Virus record (IMG/VR): IMGVR_UViG_643348564_000003
Coordinates: 798 to 64,797 of that record
Origin: a virus
Reading direction: 5' to 3' (one strand)
Length of the DNA stretch: 64,000 bases
The position numbers were made by a program, and so were the translations under genes. Positions 9,725 through 19,588 of this stretch are shown piece by piece. Within the stretch, counting starts at the first letter, position 1, and each line of letters opens with the position of its first letter. The notes below the pieces were generated by a model. It was not told the DNA's origin and made no database searches. It saw only the letters and a program-made list of their open reading frames with translations.

Positions 9725-10283
9725 CGCTGCGCCCCCAAAACATGTCGAATCGATCGGAATAGACCTTGCGACCGTCACGGCCGTAGAGGTCGACGAACAG
9801 CATCAGGAGGTCGTTTTCCAGAATGAGGTCGTAGCCCGTATCAATGCGGGCGACCGCCCTCTGCATGAGGAGCGGATTGAGGGCACGCTTGGCCTCGGCC
9901 GCGACCTGCATCGCGATCTGCGCGGACAGCGTCTCGCGGCGGTAGAGCCAGACCTTCGAGCCGAGCGGCGCCTCGCCATTCGCCGTGTCGACGTCAAACC
10001 CATCCCCGACCCAGCCGCGCCGATCGCCGCGGTGCTCGGGCCGAAGCTCATGCACTTCGACGCGGCAGTCCGAGAACAGCAGCATGATGGTGGCGGTGCG
10101 CAGCGGGTTGGCTGCAACCAAGCCGCCGACCGGGCCGTCCGCGGCCCGCGTCGAGACCCTGAAGTCCCCGACCACGCCGCTTTCGCCCCGCCCGGCCGGG
10201 GCGCCGTCGATACGCAGCCAGACGATGTCCGGCGGCAGCACGACGACGCGCGCGTCCGCGAGCGGCGTGATGGTGAGCTGCAT
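9711..10283 (-). CDS. Mu gp46-like baseplate protein
   Basis: LRTATIMLLFSD...RRGWVGD...GSKVWLYRRE pattern. Confidence 0.85.
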   Translation of the reverse strand: MQLTITPLADARVVVLPPDIVWLRIDGAPAGRGESGVVGDFRVSTRAADGPVGGLVAANPLRTATIMLLFSDCRVEVHELRPEHRGDRRGWVGDGFDVDTANGEAPLGSKVWLYRRETLSAQIAMQVAAEAKRALNPLLMQRAVARIDTGYDLILENDLLMLFVDLYGRDGRKVYSDRFDMFWGRSDGGL

Positions 10284-10301
10284 CGAGCCGGTATCCCTGG
10301 T

Positions 10302-10787
10302 TCAGACCGCATAGACCTTGGACGCGCTTCCCACGGCGATGTCGCCGTCGCTGTCGAGGTCGTCCTTGCGGTGGACGAGCTTCGCGCCCGACTTGCCGCC
10401 GAGGTAGACCGTGCCCTCCAGCACGATCTCCGGGGCGACGATGTGGACCGCCTTCGAGTGCACGACCCGGATGTTCTGCTGGACCAGCGAGACGATCGAG
10501 CCGTTCGCGTCATAGAGCGCGGTCGAGCCGACCTCCCGGTTCTTCGGGCGGTGGTCGGGGTGCTCCAGCCCAAGCACCATGTTGAGGCGGCGGCCCCCTT
10601 CGGGACCGCCGCCGAACTGCACCCCGAGCCCGTGCGCTCCTTTCGGCACGCTCGAATGGAAACCGAAAGGCTGAAGGCGGTGGACCCGTTTCAGCTCCTC
10701 GCCCGCGGGCCCCAGGAGCGTCGTGGTCTGCAGGTCGCCCTTGTCATCGGTCTCGACATGTTCGACCCGGAAGAGACGTCCGCTCAC
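10302..10787 (-). CDS. Mu gp45-like baseplate spike/assembly protein
   Basis: VHRLQPFGFHSSVP and HRPKNREVGSTALYD motifs. Confidence 0.85.
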   Translation of the reverse strand: MSGRLFRVEHVETDDKGDLQTTTLLGPAGEELKRVHRLQPFGFHSSVPKGAHGLGVQFGGGPEGGRRLNMVLGLEHPDHRPKNREVGSTALYDANGSIVSLVQQNIRVVHSKAVHIVAPEIVLEGTVYLGGKSGAKLVHRKDDLDSDGDIAVGSASKVYAV

Positions 10788-11944
10788 GGTTCCTCCTCGC
10801 CGCCCTGGTCCTCGCCGTCGGCGCCCAATTCGCTGCCGGTGTCGAGATCCCCGCTCGAGGAGCCGCCGCCCGACTTCGCGCCCCCAAGCGTGCGCGGCTC
10901 GACGAGGACGAGATCGGCATAGGTGCCGGCCCCCTCCCCCTCACCCATCACCTGCACGAAGCTGATGGTCTTGATCGCGAGGTCCTGGTCGAGGTCCTCG
11001 CTCGGCACCCGTGCCGCGACAAGGAAGCCGGGCTCCCACAGCTTGCCGCCGGCATCACGCCACGTCGCGACGCAAGGCGACGCGGTGACGCCGGATCCGG
11101 AGCGGCGCAGCTGCTGCCACTTCGCACGGCGCTTCAGTTCCTTGGCGGTGTCGGACCCCTCGTTGAACAGGATCTCGGGCCGGTAGCGCTCGACGCTCGG
11201 ATCCTCTTCCCGCTCCTCCTGGCGCAGGGCCTTGCCGCCTGTGCCCCGGGCGGTCTGACCGCGCACGATGATCGGCGAGCGCTTGTTCTGGATCGAGAAT
11301 CGCAGCTTCCACTTCGTGACCGGAGACTGCCCCTCGACGAGGGCGCCCGCGTGTCGGGTCTTGCCTGCGCGCGTGATCTTCACGGACCCGTCGGGCTGAC
11401 CAGTGAGAAGCGCGCCGATCCGGCGCGCCTCCCGCTCGACCGTCTTGAAGAAGCTCTCGCCCGGGACGGTCTGTACGTCGCGCAGCTTCTTCAGCGGAAT
11501 GTCGGCCTTGAAGCCGATGCCCCACTCGTCGAACTCGTCGCAGACCCCCTTGAGGTCCTTGTTCTCGACCCGGCCGGTCTTGTGCTTGGCGGGCGGACAG
11601 TCGATGGCATCGCCCGCCTTCGAGCGGCCCGAGACGCCGACCTCGCGGTGACCCTTCGCGCCGATCTCAACATCGTAATCGTCGACGTAACCGGTGCAGA
11701 GGAGATCGGCATCTCCGGGATTGAAGCTCCCGAAGCCTTGCCCCTCGGTATCGGGAGCGGTGTAGATCTGCACCAGCTTGCCGCGGCGCAGAAGGCGGGC
11801 CTGTTGCGACCAGGCCGGGTTCGTGGCCACGAGGCTGAAGGAGATCGCGGCTGCCTCGGCCGAGCGGGTTACGCTGACCTGCTGCCAGCCCTGCAGGGCC
11901 TGTCCGTCGACCACAAGGGTGACGATCTCCCACGTCGCGGACAC
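10784..11944 (-). CDS. Mu gpP/gp44-like baseplate hub
   Basis: GWQQVSVTRSAE, GRSKAGDAIDC and VQTVPGES pattern; position in tail operon. Confidence 0.87.
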   Translation of the reverse strand: MSATWEIVTLVVDGQALQGWQQVSVTRSAEAAAISFSLVATNPAWSQQARLLRRGKLVQIYTAPDTEGQGFGSFNPGDADLLCTGYVDDYDVEIGAKGHREVGVSGRSKAGDAIDCPPAKHKTGRVENKDLKGVCDEFDEWGIGFKADIPLKKLRDVQTVPGESFFKTVEREARRIGALLTGQPDGSVKITRAGKTRHAGALVEGQSPVTKWKLRFSIQNKRSPIIVRGQTARGTGGKALRQEEREEDPSVERYRPEILFNEGSDTAKELKRRAKWQQLRRSGSGVTASPCVATWRDAGGKLWEPGFLVAARVPSEDLDQDLAIKTISFVQVMGEGEGAGTYADLVLVEPRTLGGAKSGGGSSSGDLDTGSELGADGEDQGGEEEP

Positions 11945-11954
11945 GCGTCAGGCC

Positions 11955-12695
11955 TCACGGGTTCGGGGACAGCGCCTCGATCACGGGCCCCAGAAAAAGC
12001 GGGGTCCCAGAATTGTTGCGGGCGACCAGCTCGGCGCCGCGCGCCGGGTCGCCGTAGAGCGCCCAGGCGAGCGCCGTCGACGGCAGCGCGCGGGCGGCCT
12101 GGACGCGCACCACCGGCCGCAGGCTCGCGAGCTGCTGGGCCAGATAGGTGCCCGTCTCCAGCGCCACCGCGTTCAGCGCGCCGTAGACCTCCTGCCCGAG
12201 CAGCCCGGCGATGCGGTCGCCGGAGGCGTCCATCGCGGCCGCGATGCGCGCCCGTGCCCTCTCGCCGGAGGGACGGTCCGCAAAGGCGGACCGCGACTCG
12301 GCCAGGAAGGCCTCACCCAGGCAGGCGACCTCCATGCCGGTCGCGAGCGCCTGTGCAGCGCGGTAGGCGCGCGTCAGGACCGGCGAGGCCGTGCGGGGAT
12401 AGGCGTCCCTCGCGCGCGCCGCAGCCGCGTACAGGCCGGTCGCCGCGTCGGAGGGGTTCGCCGCCCTGGCGAGATCCTGGACGCCCTGCGCCAGCATCCG
12501 GCCGATGGCGCCGACGTCGGCCATGCCGCGCACCCGGGGCGCCAGAACCCGGATGATCTGGCGAGCGCGGCGCCCAACCGGATCCGCTGTGGCCGCCGGG
12601 GCCGAGAGCGCTGTGGCGAGGTCGAGCAGGATCCGGGCGAGCGCCTGCGCGCTGACCGCGCAGGCGGCAAGCGCGCTCGATGGAATGTCGGCCAT
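11955..12695 (-). CDS. Tail protein resembling the C-terminal part of Mu gpN (DNA circularization protein)
   Basis: Ends LPSTALAWALYGDPARGAELVARN...PLF, typical of the gpN C-terminus. Confidence 0.7.
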   Translation of the reverse strand: MADIPSSALAACAVSAQALARILLDLATALSAPAATADPVGRRARQIIRVLAPRVRGMADVGAIGRMLAQGVQDLARAANPSDAATGLYAAAARARDAYPRTASPVLTRAYRAAQALATGMEVACLGEAFLAESRSAFADRPSGERARARIAAAMDASGDRIAGLLGQEVYGALNAVALETGTYLAQQLASLRPVVRVQAARALPSTALAWALYGDPARGAELVARNNSGTPLFLGPVIEALSPNP

Positions 12696-13174
12696 CAGCG
12701 GACCCCGAAGGCGGAGAGGGCGGAGCCGATCAGCCTCGGCAGTGTGTTGAGCACCCCCTCGGCAATGCGGTCGCCGAGGGGGATCGCCGGGAACCCGCCC
12801 CCCTGCGCGCCGGCCTCGCCGAACTCAAGATCGAACTGCACATAGCCCTGACTGTTCTTCTCGGCGGCACGGGAGCAGTTAAGGCAGCGGACCATGATCC
12901 CGGGCAGCATCGGCAGGATGAGCATGCCTGCGCCCGGCGTCGAGCAGACCTCCAGAAAGGCCATCGCGTCGGCGTCCACCGTATCGCCGGTGAGATACGC
13001 CTGGACCCGGAACTTCCAGGCCTTGCGGCCCATATCCTCGGTGCCGTGCGTCTCCGCCTTCGCGAAGGGATGGAACGCGACGTAGCGCCCGGCGTCGTCC
13101 ACGGTCTCGCGGGACACATGGAAGGGCGTCCCGCGAAAGCTGGCTCCCGGAACGGTCTTCGGCCAATTGCGCAT
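12695..13174 (-). CDS. DNA circularization N-terminal domain protein (Mu gpN N-terminus)
   Basis: GASFRGTPFHV...HPFAKAETHGTEDMGRKA motif. Confidence 0.85.
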   Translation of the reverse strand: MRNWPKTVPGASFRGTPFHVSRETVDDAGRYVAFHPFAKAETHGTEDMGRKAWKFRVQAYLTGDTVDADAMAFLEVCSTPGAGMLILPMLPGIMVRCLNCSRAAEKNSQGYVQFDLEFGEAGAQGGGFPAIPLGDRIAEGVLNTLPRLIGSALSAFGVR

Positions 13175-13181
13175 GCGATCC

Positions 13182-13748
13182 TCAGGGCAGGATCTTTGCG
13201 AGTTCCTTGGCGATCTCCGCCGGCAACTCGCGGTGCACCACCTCGTCGAAAGCCGCTCGCGTCTTGCCCCGGATCATCTCGGCCGGGATCAGCACGCCCG
13301 ACTTGACCTTGCGGATGTGGCCGCGCCAGCGACCGCCATCCGTGTTCACGTAGACATGGCCGTTGAGCTTCTTGACCATCCGGCGGTTCGGGTCGCGGCC
13401 AGAGCGGCGGAAGCCGCCCGCGATCACGACCTTGTCGCCATAGACCCGCGCCACAACGCTTCCCCCCTCCTCCCGGGGATGGAAGTACTTCAGTGAAATA
13501 TCCCCGCCGCGAGTCCAGATGTCGACGCGCAGCTTGTTCGGCGACGCCCGGTTCATCTTGACGGCCTTGACGATGATCCGCCGCGGCAATCCAGTTTGCT
13601 CGGGAAGCGTGGCGACGACGACGGCCTTCGTGCGGGTGCCGACGCGGTTGAGGACGAGGGCCTGGGCGCTGGGGAGGCGCTTGCCCATCACCTCCAGTGC
13701 CCGCGCCATGTCCATGACGCCGGTGGTACTGAGATGGATGGAGAGCAT
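13182..13748 (-). CDS. Minor tail protein, lambda gpZ-like
   Basis: Basic, ALVLNRVG...IIVKAV pattern typical of tail-completion Z-like proteins. Confidence 0.55.
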   Translation of the reverse strand: MLSIHLSTTGVMDMARALEVMGKRLPSAQALVLNRVGTRTKAVVVATLPEQTGLPRRIIVKAVKMNRASPNKLRVDIWTRGGDISLKYFHPREEGGSVVARVYGDKVVIAGGFRRSGRDPNRRMVKKLNGHVYVNTDGGRWRGHIRKVKSGVLIPAEMIRGKTRAAFDEVVHRELPAEIAKELAKILP

Positions 13749-16700
13749 TAGATCCAGTCCCCCTCCGAGCGCGCCTGAGGCATCGACACGCCGACATCGG
13801 CCTTGATCGGACCCGACGTCGTCGCGCGCATGCCGCGGGTGCGCGCCTGCAGCCCCGGTGAGGCCGAGACCTCGACGAGGTGATGCGTGCGCAAGGACAT
13901 GTCCCGCAGCGTGGCGGCCACGTTCTGGAGCGAGGCCGAAGCGTCGTCCTGCGCGGGCTTGGGCGGCAGCGCGCGCTGCATCGTCTTGGCGCGCTCGTCG
14001 TCCTCGCGCTGGAACCGGTTGTACCAGTCCCGCCCGAAGCCGCCGCGGCGCCGACTCGCCCCCGGAATGTCGGCCGGGATCTCGAACCGCCGCACGCCAA
14101 GCGCCGCCGCTTCCTCGGGCGTCGTGGTCTGGCGCAAGCGCCCCCAGAAGCCCTTGTGGCGGCCCTGGGTCATCTCCCAGTAGGCCGCCTCGAGCTGCTG
14201 CTGGTGGGTCGCACCGTGGACGTTAATGCCTGTCCCCGCGAGGATCTCGCGGCGCCGATCCATCTTCCACATGAACGACCCGTAGGACGTACCCCGGTCG
14301 CCGTAGCCGTGCGGCTTGAAGTTGTTCTCGCCCTGCTCCATGCCGACGAGGCCGGCGGCCTGGGCGGGCGTCGCGCCCTTCCCGATCCAGAAGTCGTAGG
14401 ACTCCCGAGCTCCGGCCGCGAGCCAGTTCGGGGCGCCGGTGTAGCGATCCCGGCCGCCTCCTCTGCCACTCGGGAGGGAGGCATAGCGCCCGCTGCCGGA
14501 ACCGACGGCACCGCCGCCCTTGCCGCCCGGCGCAGCCGAGGAGATCGAGGCGAGAGCGCCAGCGGCACCGCCCGCCGTGCCGCCGCCGAAGGAGGCGCGC
14601 TGGATCAACGAGCCGCCCCCGCCGAAGCCCTCGCCGGGCGCGAGGTTGATCGGCATGTTGATGCCCTGCGCGAACAGGGCCTTCATCCGATCGTAGATCG
14701 TCTGGCCTTGGCTCTGAACCTCGGACGCCTTCTCCTTGACGCCATCTGCGATACCCTGCCCGGCGGCGCGGCCGGCCTCCTTGGCCGGCTCACCGCCGAA
14801 CCACGTCGGGGCATGGCTCTTCCACCACTCCTTGATCGCTGGGCCGAACTCACCCATTGGGTTCTGGTCGATCACACCACCGGTCGCCGGATCAATCGCG
14901 GTCGGGCCCTTCTCCTTCAGAACCTTCGGCAACTGTTCCGCGGTCGCGACGCCGGCGACTGCCGCGCCGGCCGCCACACCTGCCGCCGCCACGCCGCCGG
15001 CAAGGCCTACACCGGCCGCAGCTGGGGCGGCCGTGCCTGCCACCCCAGCCGCGCCACCCGCGCCCAGCCGCACGGCTGCGGCATCGAGCATGGCCGCCGA
15101 GTGGGTCAGGGCCGTTGCCGACCCAGAGAGGCCGAACCCGGTGGCCAGCTTGTAGGAGAGATAGCCCGCCGCCCCGAAGCCCGCCCCCGCAACCCCAATG
15201 CCGCCCGCAACCGCAAGGTTCGGGTGGTCCTTGGCGACGAGCGCGAGGCTCTGCACGCCTTCGGCAACCGACTTCAGTCCGACCGAGGCCTGCGCCATCA
15301 GCGGAGACGAGGCCGTGGTGATCAGGTTCTCAAGCGAGGCCGTGACCGCCTTGAACGCCTGTGTCGGATCCTCCGAGAGGTTCCGGGCATAGATCTGGTC
15401 GAGAGTTCCGGCCTTGTTGATGTTGACCTCGTCCTTGAGCAGACGTTGCACGGACAGCTTCTGCGTCAGCGCCTCGGCGAACAGGTTCGAGTTCGAGTTG
15501 CGGAACATCGTGCCGAGAGCTTTCGTCAGCTCCAGCTTGTCGTCGACGTTGACGCCCTTCTTGCGCAGGGCCGGCAGCAGCACGGTCTGGGCCCATTCCA
15601 GCGGGTCGGACAGGGCGAGGTTGGTGTTCTTGACCGCCCCGCCGGACCACGAGACGGCGTGACCGCCCTTCGTAATCGTCTTCTTCGGGTCGAGCAGCCC
15701 GAGATTGAGCCAGGCCTCGGCCTGCTTCTTGTCGTTTGCCTTGCCGAGGATGACGTTCCTGAAGGCGTTGGCCGCCGTGCCGGCGCGGTCGCCGCCGTAT
15801 TCCGTCACCAGGGACGGCGCGATCTTGGTCAGGAATCGCTCGCTGTAGAGCGGCAGCGACGCCTTCGCTTGCTGGGCGAAGTTGACCGCCTCGCGCGGGT
15901 TGAAGTTGCCGCGCGTGAAGGCCATCGCGCGGATCAACTCGCCGGCCTCCCGCTGGAACACGGGCGTGTTGCCGGCCGTGCCGCGCATCTCGAAGAACCG
16001 GGCGAGCTTGTTGCCGAGCTCGCCCGCGCCCTCATGGATCTTGTCGCCGGCCGAGGCGTGCAGCACCGAAGCCGACTTCTGCATGAAGGTCAGGTTCTCG
16101 ATCGCGTGGTGCAGATCACCGAACGCGCCGGTCGTCTCGTTGATGACCTTCAGGTTCTCCTCGAAGGTCGCGGTCGGCACCGCGCGGGTCGTCGCGCGCG
16201 AGGCCGCCTCGATCTCCTCCATCTCGTGGGCGGTGCGGCCCGCGTTCTTGAGCGCCACGACCTCGTGCTGGTAGCGAGCGCCGGCTCGCACAGTCTCTGA
16301 CACGCCGTGCGCCACGGTGTGGGCGCCGACATAGCCCGAGGCCGCGGCGGCGGCCGTGCCGAGAGCGCCGTGCCGACGCATGTGCCGGGCGTATTCCTGC
16401 ATCTCCCGGCGGTGGTGCGCCGCGGCCTGGGCCGCGCGCTCCTCGGCCGAGATCTGCTGGCGCAGCGCCTGTGTCGTGCTCTCGGTCGCAGCCTTCAATT
16501 GCCGCTGCCTGCCGGCAAGGTTCGAGAGATCCGCCCCAAGCGCGGTCGCAGCCCGCTCGGCGTGCTGCAGCGTCGCGGTCTGGGCGGCCACTGCCGCGGT
16601 CGCGACCCGGACCGACCGCTCGGCCGTCCGGTACTCCTTCCCGAGCTCGCGCACCGCCGTGCGGGCAGCCGCGGCGGTGCGGGCCTGCTCCGAGCCCTTG

Positions 16701-17014
16701 GTGAGACGCACCCCGTTGAAGGCAGCCGCCGCGGCGCGCGCCTTGTCGTACTCGCCCGCGAGCCGCGCCGCCTCGGCGCTGGCTGCCTTGAGGGTCGCCT
16801 GCGCCTGCTGCAGGCCATTGCGCGCGTTCATCGCCGCCGTGACGGCCTTCTGCGCCTTTTCGGTCTCCAGGAGCGAGCGGGCGAGCTTGTCGACCGAGGC
16901 CGAGACCTTCGATGCGTCCTCGATCTGCTTAAGCGCCTTGACGACATTGTCGACGGCAGCCGTAGCCCGATCCTCGCCAGAGAGGACCAGTTTGGCCTCG
17001 ATGATGCTGCTCAT
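13748..17014 (-). CDS. Tape measure protein with C-terminal phage tail lysozyme-like domain
   Basis: 1088 aa, Ala-rich helical; C-terminal QAAGLVGMEQGEN...EAAALGVRRFEIP segment; follows tail chaperone. Confidence 0.9.
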   Translation of the reverse strand: MSSIIEAKLVLSGEDRATAAVDNVVKALKQIEDASKVSASVDKLARSLLETEKAQKAVTAAMNARNGLQQAQATLKAASAEAARLAGEYDKARAAAAAFNGVRLTKGSEQARTAAAARTAVRELGKEYRTAERSVRVATAAVAAQTATLQHAERAATALGADLSNLAGRQRQLKAATESTTQALRQQISAEERAAQAAAHHRREMQEYARHMRRHGALGTAAAAASGYVGAHTVAHGVSETVRAGARYQHEVVALKNAGRTAHEMEEIEAASRATTRAVPTATFEENLKVINETTGAFGDLHHAIENLTFMQKSASVLHASAGDKIHEGAGELGNKLARFFEMRGTAGNTPVFQREAGELIRAMAFTRGNFNPREAVNFAQQAKASLPLYSERFLTKIAPSLVTEYGGDRAGTAANAFRNVILGKANDKKQAEAWLNLGLLDPKKTITKGGHAVSWSGGAVKNTNLALSDPLEWAQTVLLPALRKKGVNVDDKLELTKALGTMFRNSNSNLFAEALTQKLSVQRLLKDEVNINKAGTLDQIYARNLSEDPTQAFKAVTASLENLITTASSPLMAQASVGLKSVAEGVQSLALVAKDHPNLAVAGGIGVAGAGFGAAGYLSYKLATGFGLSGSATALTHSAAMLDAAAVRLGAGGAAGVAGTAAPAAAGVGLAGGVAAAGVAAGAAVAGVATAEQLPKVLKEKGPTAIDPATGGVIDQNPMGEFGPAIKEWWKSHAPTWFGGEPAKEAGRAAGQGIADGVKEKASEVQSQGQTIYDRMKALFAQGINMPINLAPGEGFGGGGSLIQRASFGGGTAGGAAGALASISSAAPGGKGGGAVGSGSGRYASLPSGRGGGRDRYTGAPNWLAAGARESYDFWIGKGATPAQAAGLVGMEQGENNFKPHGYGDRGTSYGSFMWKMDRRREILAGTGINVHGATHQQQLEAAYWEMTQGRHKGFWGRLRQTTTPEEAAALGVRRFEIPADIPGASRRRGGFGRDWYNRFQREDDERAKTMQRALPPKPAQDDASASLQNVAATLRDMSLRTHHLVEVSASPGLQARTRGMRATTSGPIKADVGVSMPQARSEGDWI

Positions 17015-17187
17015 CTCTTGCCCTGCGCCTTGCGCTCAGCCCTATCGACTGCGCGACTCCACCACCACAGCAACTGGCTGATGGTCATTCGGCCGATGGT
17101 GTCGGGCTGGATTCCGACGTCGAAGAAGAGTCGCTCGACGATGACGTCGAGCCACGGATCACCTGCGGATCGACGTCGAGGAAAAAA
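17011..17187 (-). other. -1 frameshift extension of tail chaperone (GT-like)
   Basis: Slippery site at 17187-17181; the -1 frame is open (...WLDVIVERLFFDVGIQPDTIGRMTISQLLWWWSRAVDRAERKAQGKR*) and its stop overlaps the tape measure ATG. Confidence 0.8.
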
Positions 17188-17468
17188 TCCATGATCACGT
17201 CCCGCACCTTGCGGGTGTCGGACGCGCCGAGCAGCGAGAGGGTGATCGGGTCGCCCGGCTTTTCGCCTTCCGCGATCAGGCGCTCGGCATAGGCCTTGAT
17301 GTTCCCGTACATGGGGACCGGGATCATCCGGTCATCGCCCCGCGGTGTCCAGACATAGACGTCACCAATCTCCATGATGTCGTTCCAGACCGGCTCCCGG
17401 AACTCGAGCTGGTGGATGACCTTGTGACCGGTAATCGAACGGTCGAGAATGACGATCTTATTTGCCAC
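17085..17468 (-). CDS. Tail assembly chaperone (G-like)
   Basis: Between tube and tape measure genes; contains in-frame slippery heptamer T TTT TTC. Confidence 0.8.
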   Translation of the reverse strand: MANKIVILDRSITGHKVIHQLEFREPVWNDIMEIGDVYVWTPRGDDRMIPVPMYGNIKAYAERLIAEGEKPGDPITLSLLGASDTRKVRDVIMDFFLDVDPQVIRGSTSSSSDSSSTSESSPTPSAE

Positions 17469-17520
17469 GGGAAGAGCCTGTGTTGAGGCGAGCCATATCG
17501 GCAGGAATCGACGGGGCAGG

Positions 17521-17892
17521 TCAGCGCGTGCGCGCCCAACGGTACTGGTCGCTTTCGAGCTTCAGGCCCGTGACCTCACCGTCCTTCGTGTTGATCTCCG
17601 GCTCACCATCCCAGCCAGCCGCAGTGAGGTAATGGACGACACCCGCGTCCGTCTCCTCGAAGGTGACGTCCGGCTTCTGGAGCAGCATCGTCTCGTCCCA
17701 CGGGATGCCCTGCCCGCGGTCGAAGCTCAACTCGATCGAGGCGAGCTTCGGGGCAACCGACGAATAGGCCGACCCGTCCCAGTTCACGCCGTTCGCGTTG
17801 ACGGCTCGCGCTGGTCTCACCTTCCCTTCGCTTCGGCCGGAGAACCGGCGGCCGCCGATGTCAATGGTGTAGCGCCCACCCTTGGTGTCCAT
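17521..17892 (-). CDS. Tail tube protein (Mu gpM-like)
   Basis: 123 aa directly after sheath; GEPEINTKDGEVTGLKLE C-terminus. Confidence 0.85.
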   Translation of the reverse strand: MDTKGGRYTIDIGGRRFSGRSEGKVRPARAVNANGVNWDGSAYSSVAPKLASIELSFDRGQGIPWDETMLLQKPDVTFEETDAGVVHYLTAAGWDGEPEINTKDGEVTGLKLESDQYRWARTR

Positions 17893-17957
17893 ATCCCGTG
17901 CTCCGGCAAGAGATCAGCAACGTCCAGGCGCGCGAGAGCGCGCGCCCGGATCGGCCG

Positions 17958-19514
17958 TCAGAGGCCCGACGCGTTCGCGGCGGTGAGGTTGGTGAAGATC
18001 GTCTCGTTGACCGCGAACACGCGCAGCGCCGCAGCAGCCGAGGCCGGCAAGTAGAAGTTGACCCGGTCGTTATCGTAATCGGGGTCGACCACGAGGTTCG
18101 CGGCGAAGAGATCTGGTTGGCGCACGACCCCGGCAATGTTGCTGAGTTCCACGTAGCCGTGGATCACCGTTGCCCGAAGCTGCGGAGGCGTCGCCACCCC
18201 CTGAATGCTGTTCGGATTGTCCTCACGGAGAACGTGCCGCGGGTAGGTCCCGAGCAGCTTCGCCTTCATGTGGCGCTTCACATAGACCGAGATCATTACC
18301 TTCTCGATGTCGAGGAAGGTGGTGTCCGGCAGACCCGCGGCATTAGTCCGGTAAGTGGTGACGACCCGGTCAAGCGCGGCATCGCCGGACGCCGTGAAGA
18401 CCAGCGCGCTGATCCCGTTCCGGTAGAGAGAATCACGGTCCGCAATGCCGAAGACTGCCGCCGGATCCTTGGGGGGGCGAACGCCGACAAGCACGATGGT
18501 CTGCATCGGCCGGGCGATCTCGATCGCCGTCTTCAACTCGCGGCCGAGGTTTTTGTAGAAGGCGATCGCGCCGCCGAGAGCGCCCGCGATGCACCAGGGC
18601 GCGGTCGGCACCTGGTTGATGCCGAGCACCGTGGCGTGGCGGTCGTTGCGGGTCACACCGAAGGCAGTCAGCGTCGACAGCGTGCCGTTCTTGACGGTGA
18701 TGTAGTGCCCGTCGAGGCCGACGAGGGGGGCAGCGCGGCCGGTACCGGTGTCCGAGAGGAAGTCACCGGCCGCATTCAGATCGGACACGCTGCTGTATGG
18801 TGTCGTGATGAAGTCGGCCGGGCGATTACCGAGGCAGGCGAGCACGCTCGCCATATCAGGCAGGCCAGAGCCGCCGGTCATCGCCGTGATGGTCACGGTG
18901 AGCCCGGCCGGGTCGACCTCGTCGCCGTCGAGGCCTGCCTCAATGCGTAGGTCGTTCGCTTCCGCGCCGGTGTGGCGAGCTGTGAGGATGATCTTGCCGG
19001 TGTCGGTGCCGTCAATGGTCGCGACGACCGGGGCGCCGAGGCGGCGACCGAACTTCACGTAACCCGCGTTGATCTTGGCCGCCAGGGCAGCGGCGATCGT
19101 CGTCTTGGTGTCGTTGACCCCGACGCCGACCTGATATCGCTCACCACCGATGTAGCGCACGAGCGCGCCTGCTGCGGTGGCCGTGCCGTTGATGGTGATG
19201 GCGCCCGCCGCTTTCTGACCGCCGGAGGGATCGCCGACGTCAACGTACCACATCTCGCCGAGCGGGTTCATCGCCCGGGCATAGGCGATCATCTCCGCCC
19301 CGATCGATCCGACGCCGCAGAGTGCGTTCGGATCGGTAGAGCCGATATTCACGGGGGTCAGCGGCTGCGAGGCGCTCCCCGTGAGCGAGCGCCCGAGGAC
19401 GTATTGCTGCGAGGGTCCGCGCGCGGTCGGCGGCCCCGCATTGATCTCGGCGGCGAAGATCGGAACCCGGATGTCGCCCGGGACCTGGTTGAACGCGACC
19501 TGGGAGGCGGCCAT
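17958..19514 (-). CDS. Tail sheath protein (Mu gpL-like)
   Basis: FNQVPGDIRVPIFAAEI N-terminus; RDSLYRNGISAL; RVVTTYRTN. Confidence 0.93.
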   Translation of the reverse strand: MAASQVAFNQVPGDIRVPIFAAEINAGPPTARGPSQQYVLGRSLTGSASQPLTPVNIGSTDPNALCGVGSIGAEMIAYARAMNPLGEMWYVDVGDPSGGQKAAGAITINGTATAAGALVRYIGGERYQVGVGVNDTKTTIAAALAAKINAGYVKFGRRLGAPVVATIDGTDTGKIILTARHTGAEANDLRIEAGLDGDEVDPAGLTVTITAMTGGSGLPDMASVLACLGNRPADFITTPYSSVSDLNAAGDFLSDTGTGRAAPLVGLDGHYITVKNGTLSTLTAFGVTRNDRHATVLGINQVPTAPWCIAGALGGAIAFYKNLGRELKTAIEIARPMQTIVLVGVRPPKDPAAVFGIADRDSLYRNGISALVFTASGDAALDRVVTTYRTNAAGLPDTTFLDIEKVMISVYVKRHMKAKLLGTYPRHVLREDNPNSIQGVATPPQLRATVIHGYVELSNIAGVVRQPDLFAANLVVDPDYDNDRVNFYLPASAAAALRVFAVNETIFTNLTAANASGL

Positions 19515-19530
19515 CGGGTTTCAGCTCCAA

Positions 19531-19560
19531 CGAAAAGGCCGCCCCGGGTGGGGCGGCCTT
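19531..19560 (-). terminator. Intrinsic terminator-like hairpin
   Basis: Perfect 11-bp stem AAGGCCGCCCC-ACCC-GGGGCGGCCTT followed by TTCG on minus strand. Confidence 0.65.
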
Positions 19561-19588
19561 GGGGTGGGGTCAGGGGTTGATGGCGCGG

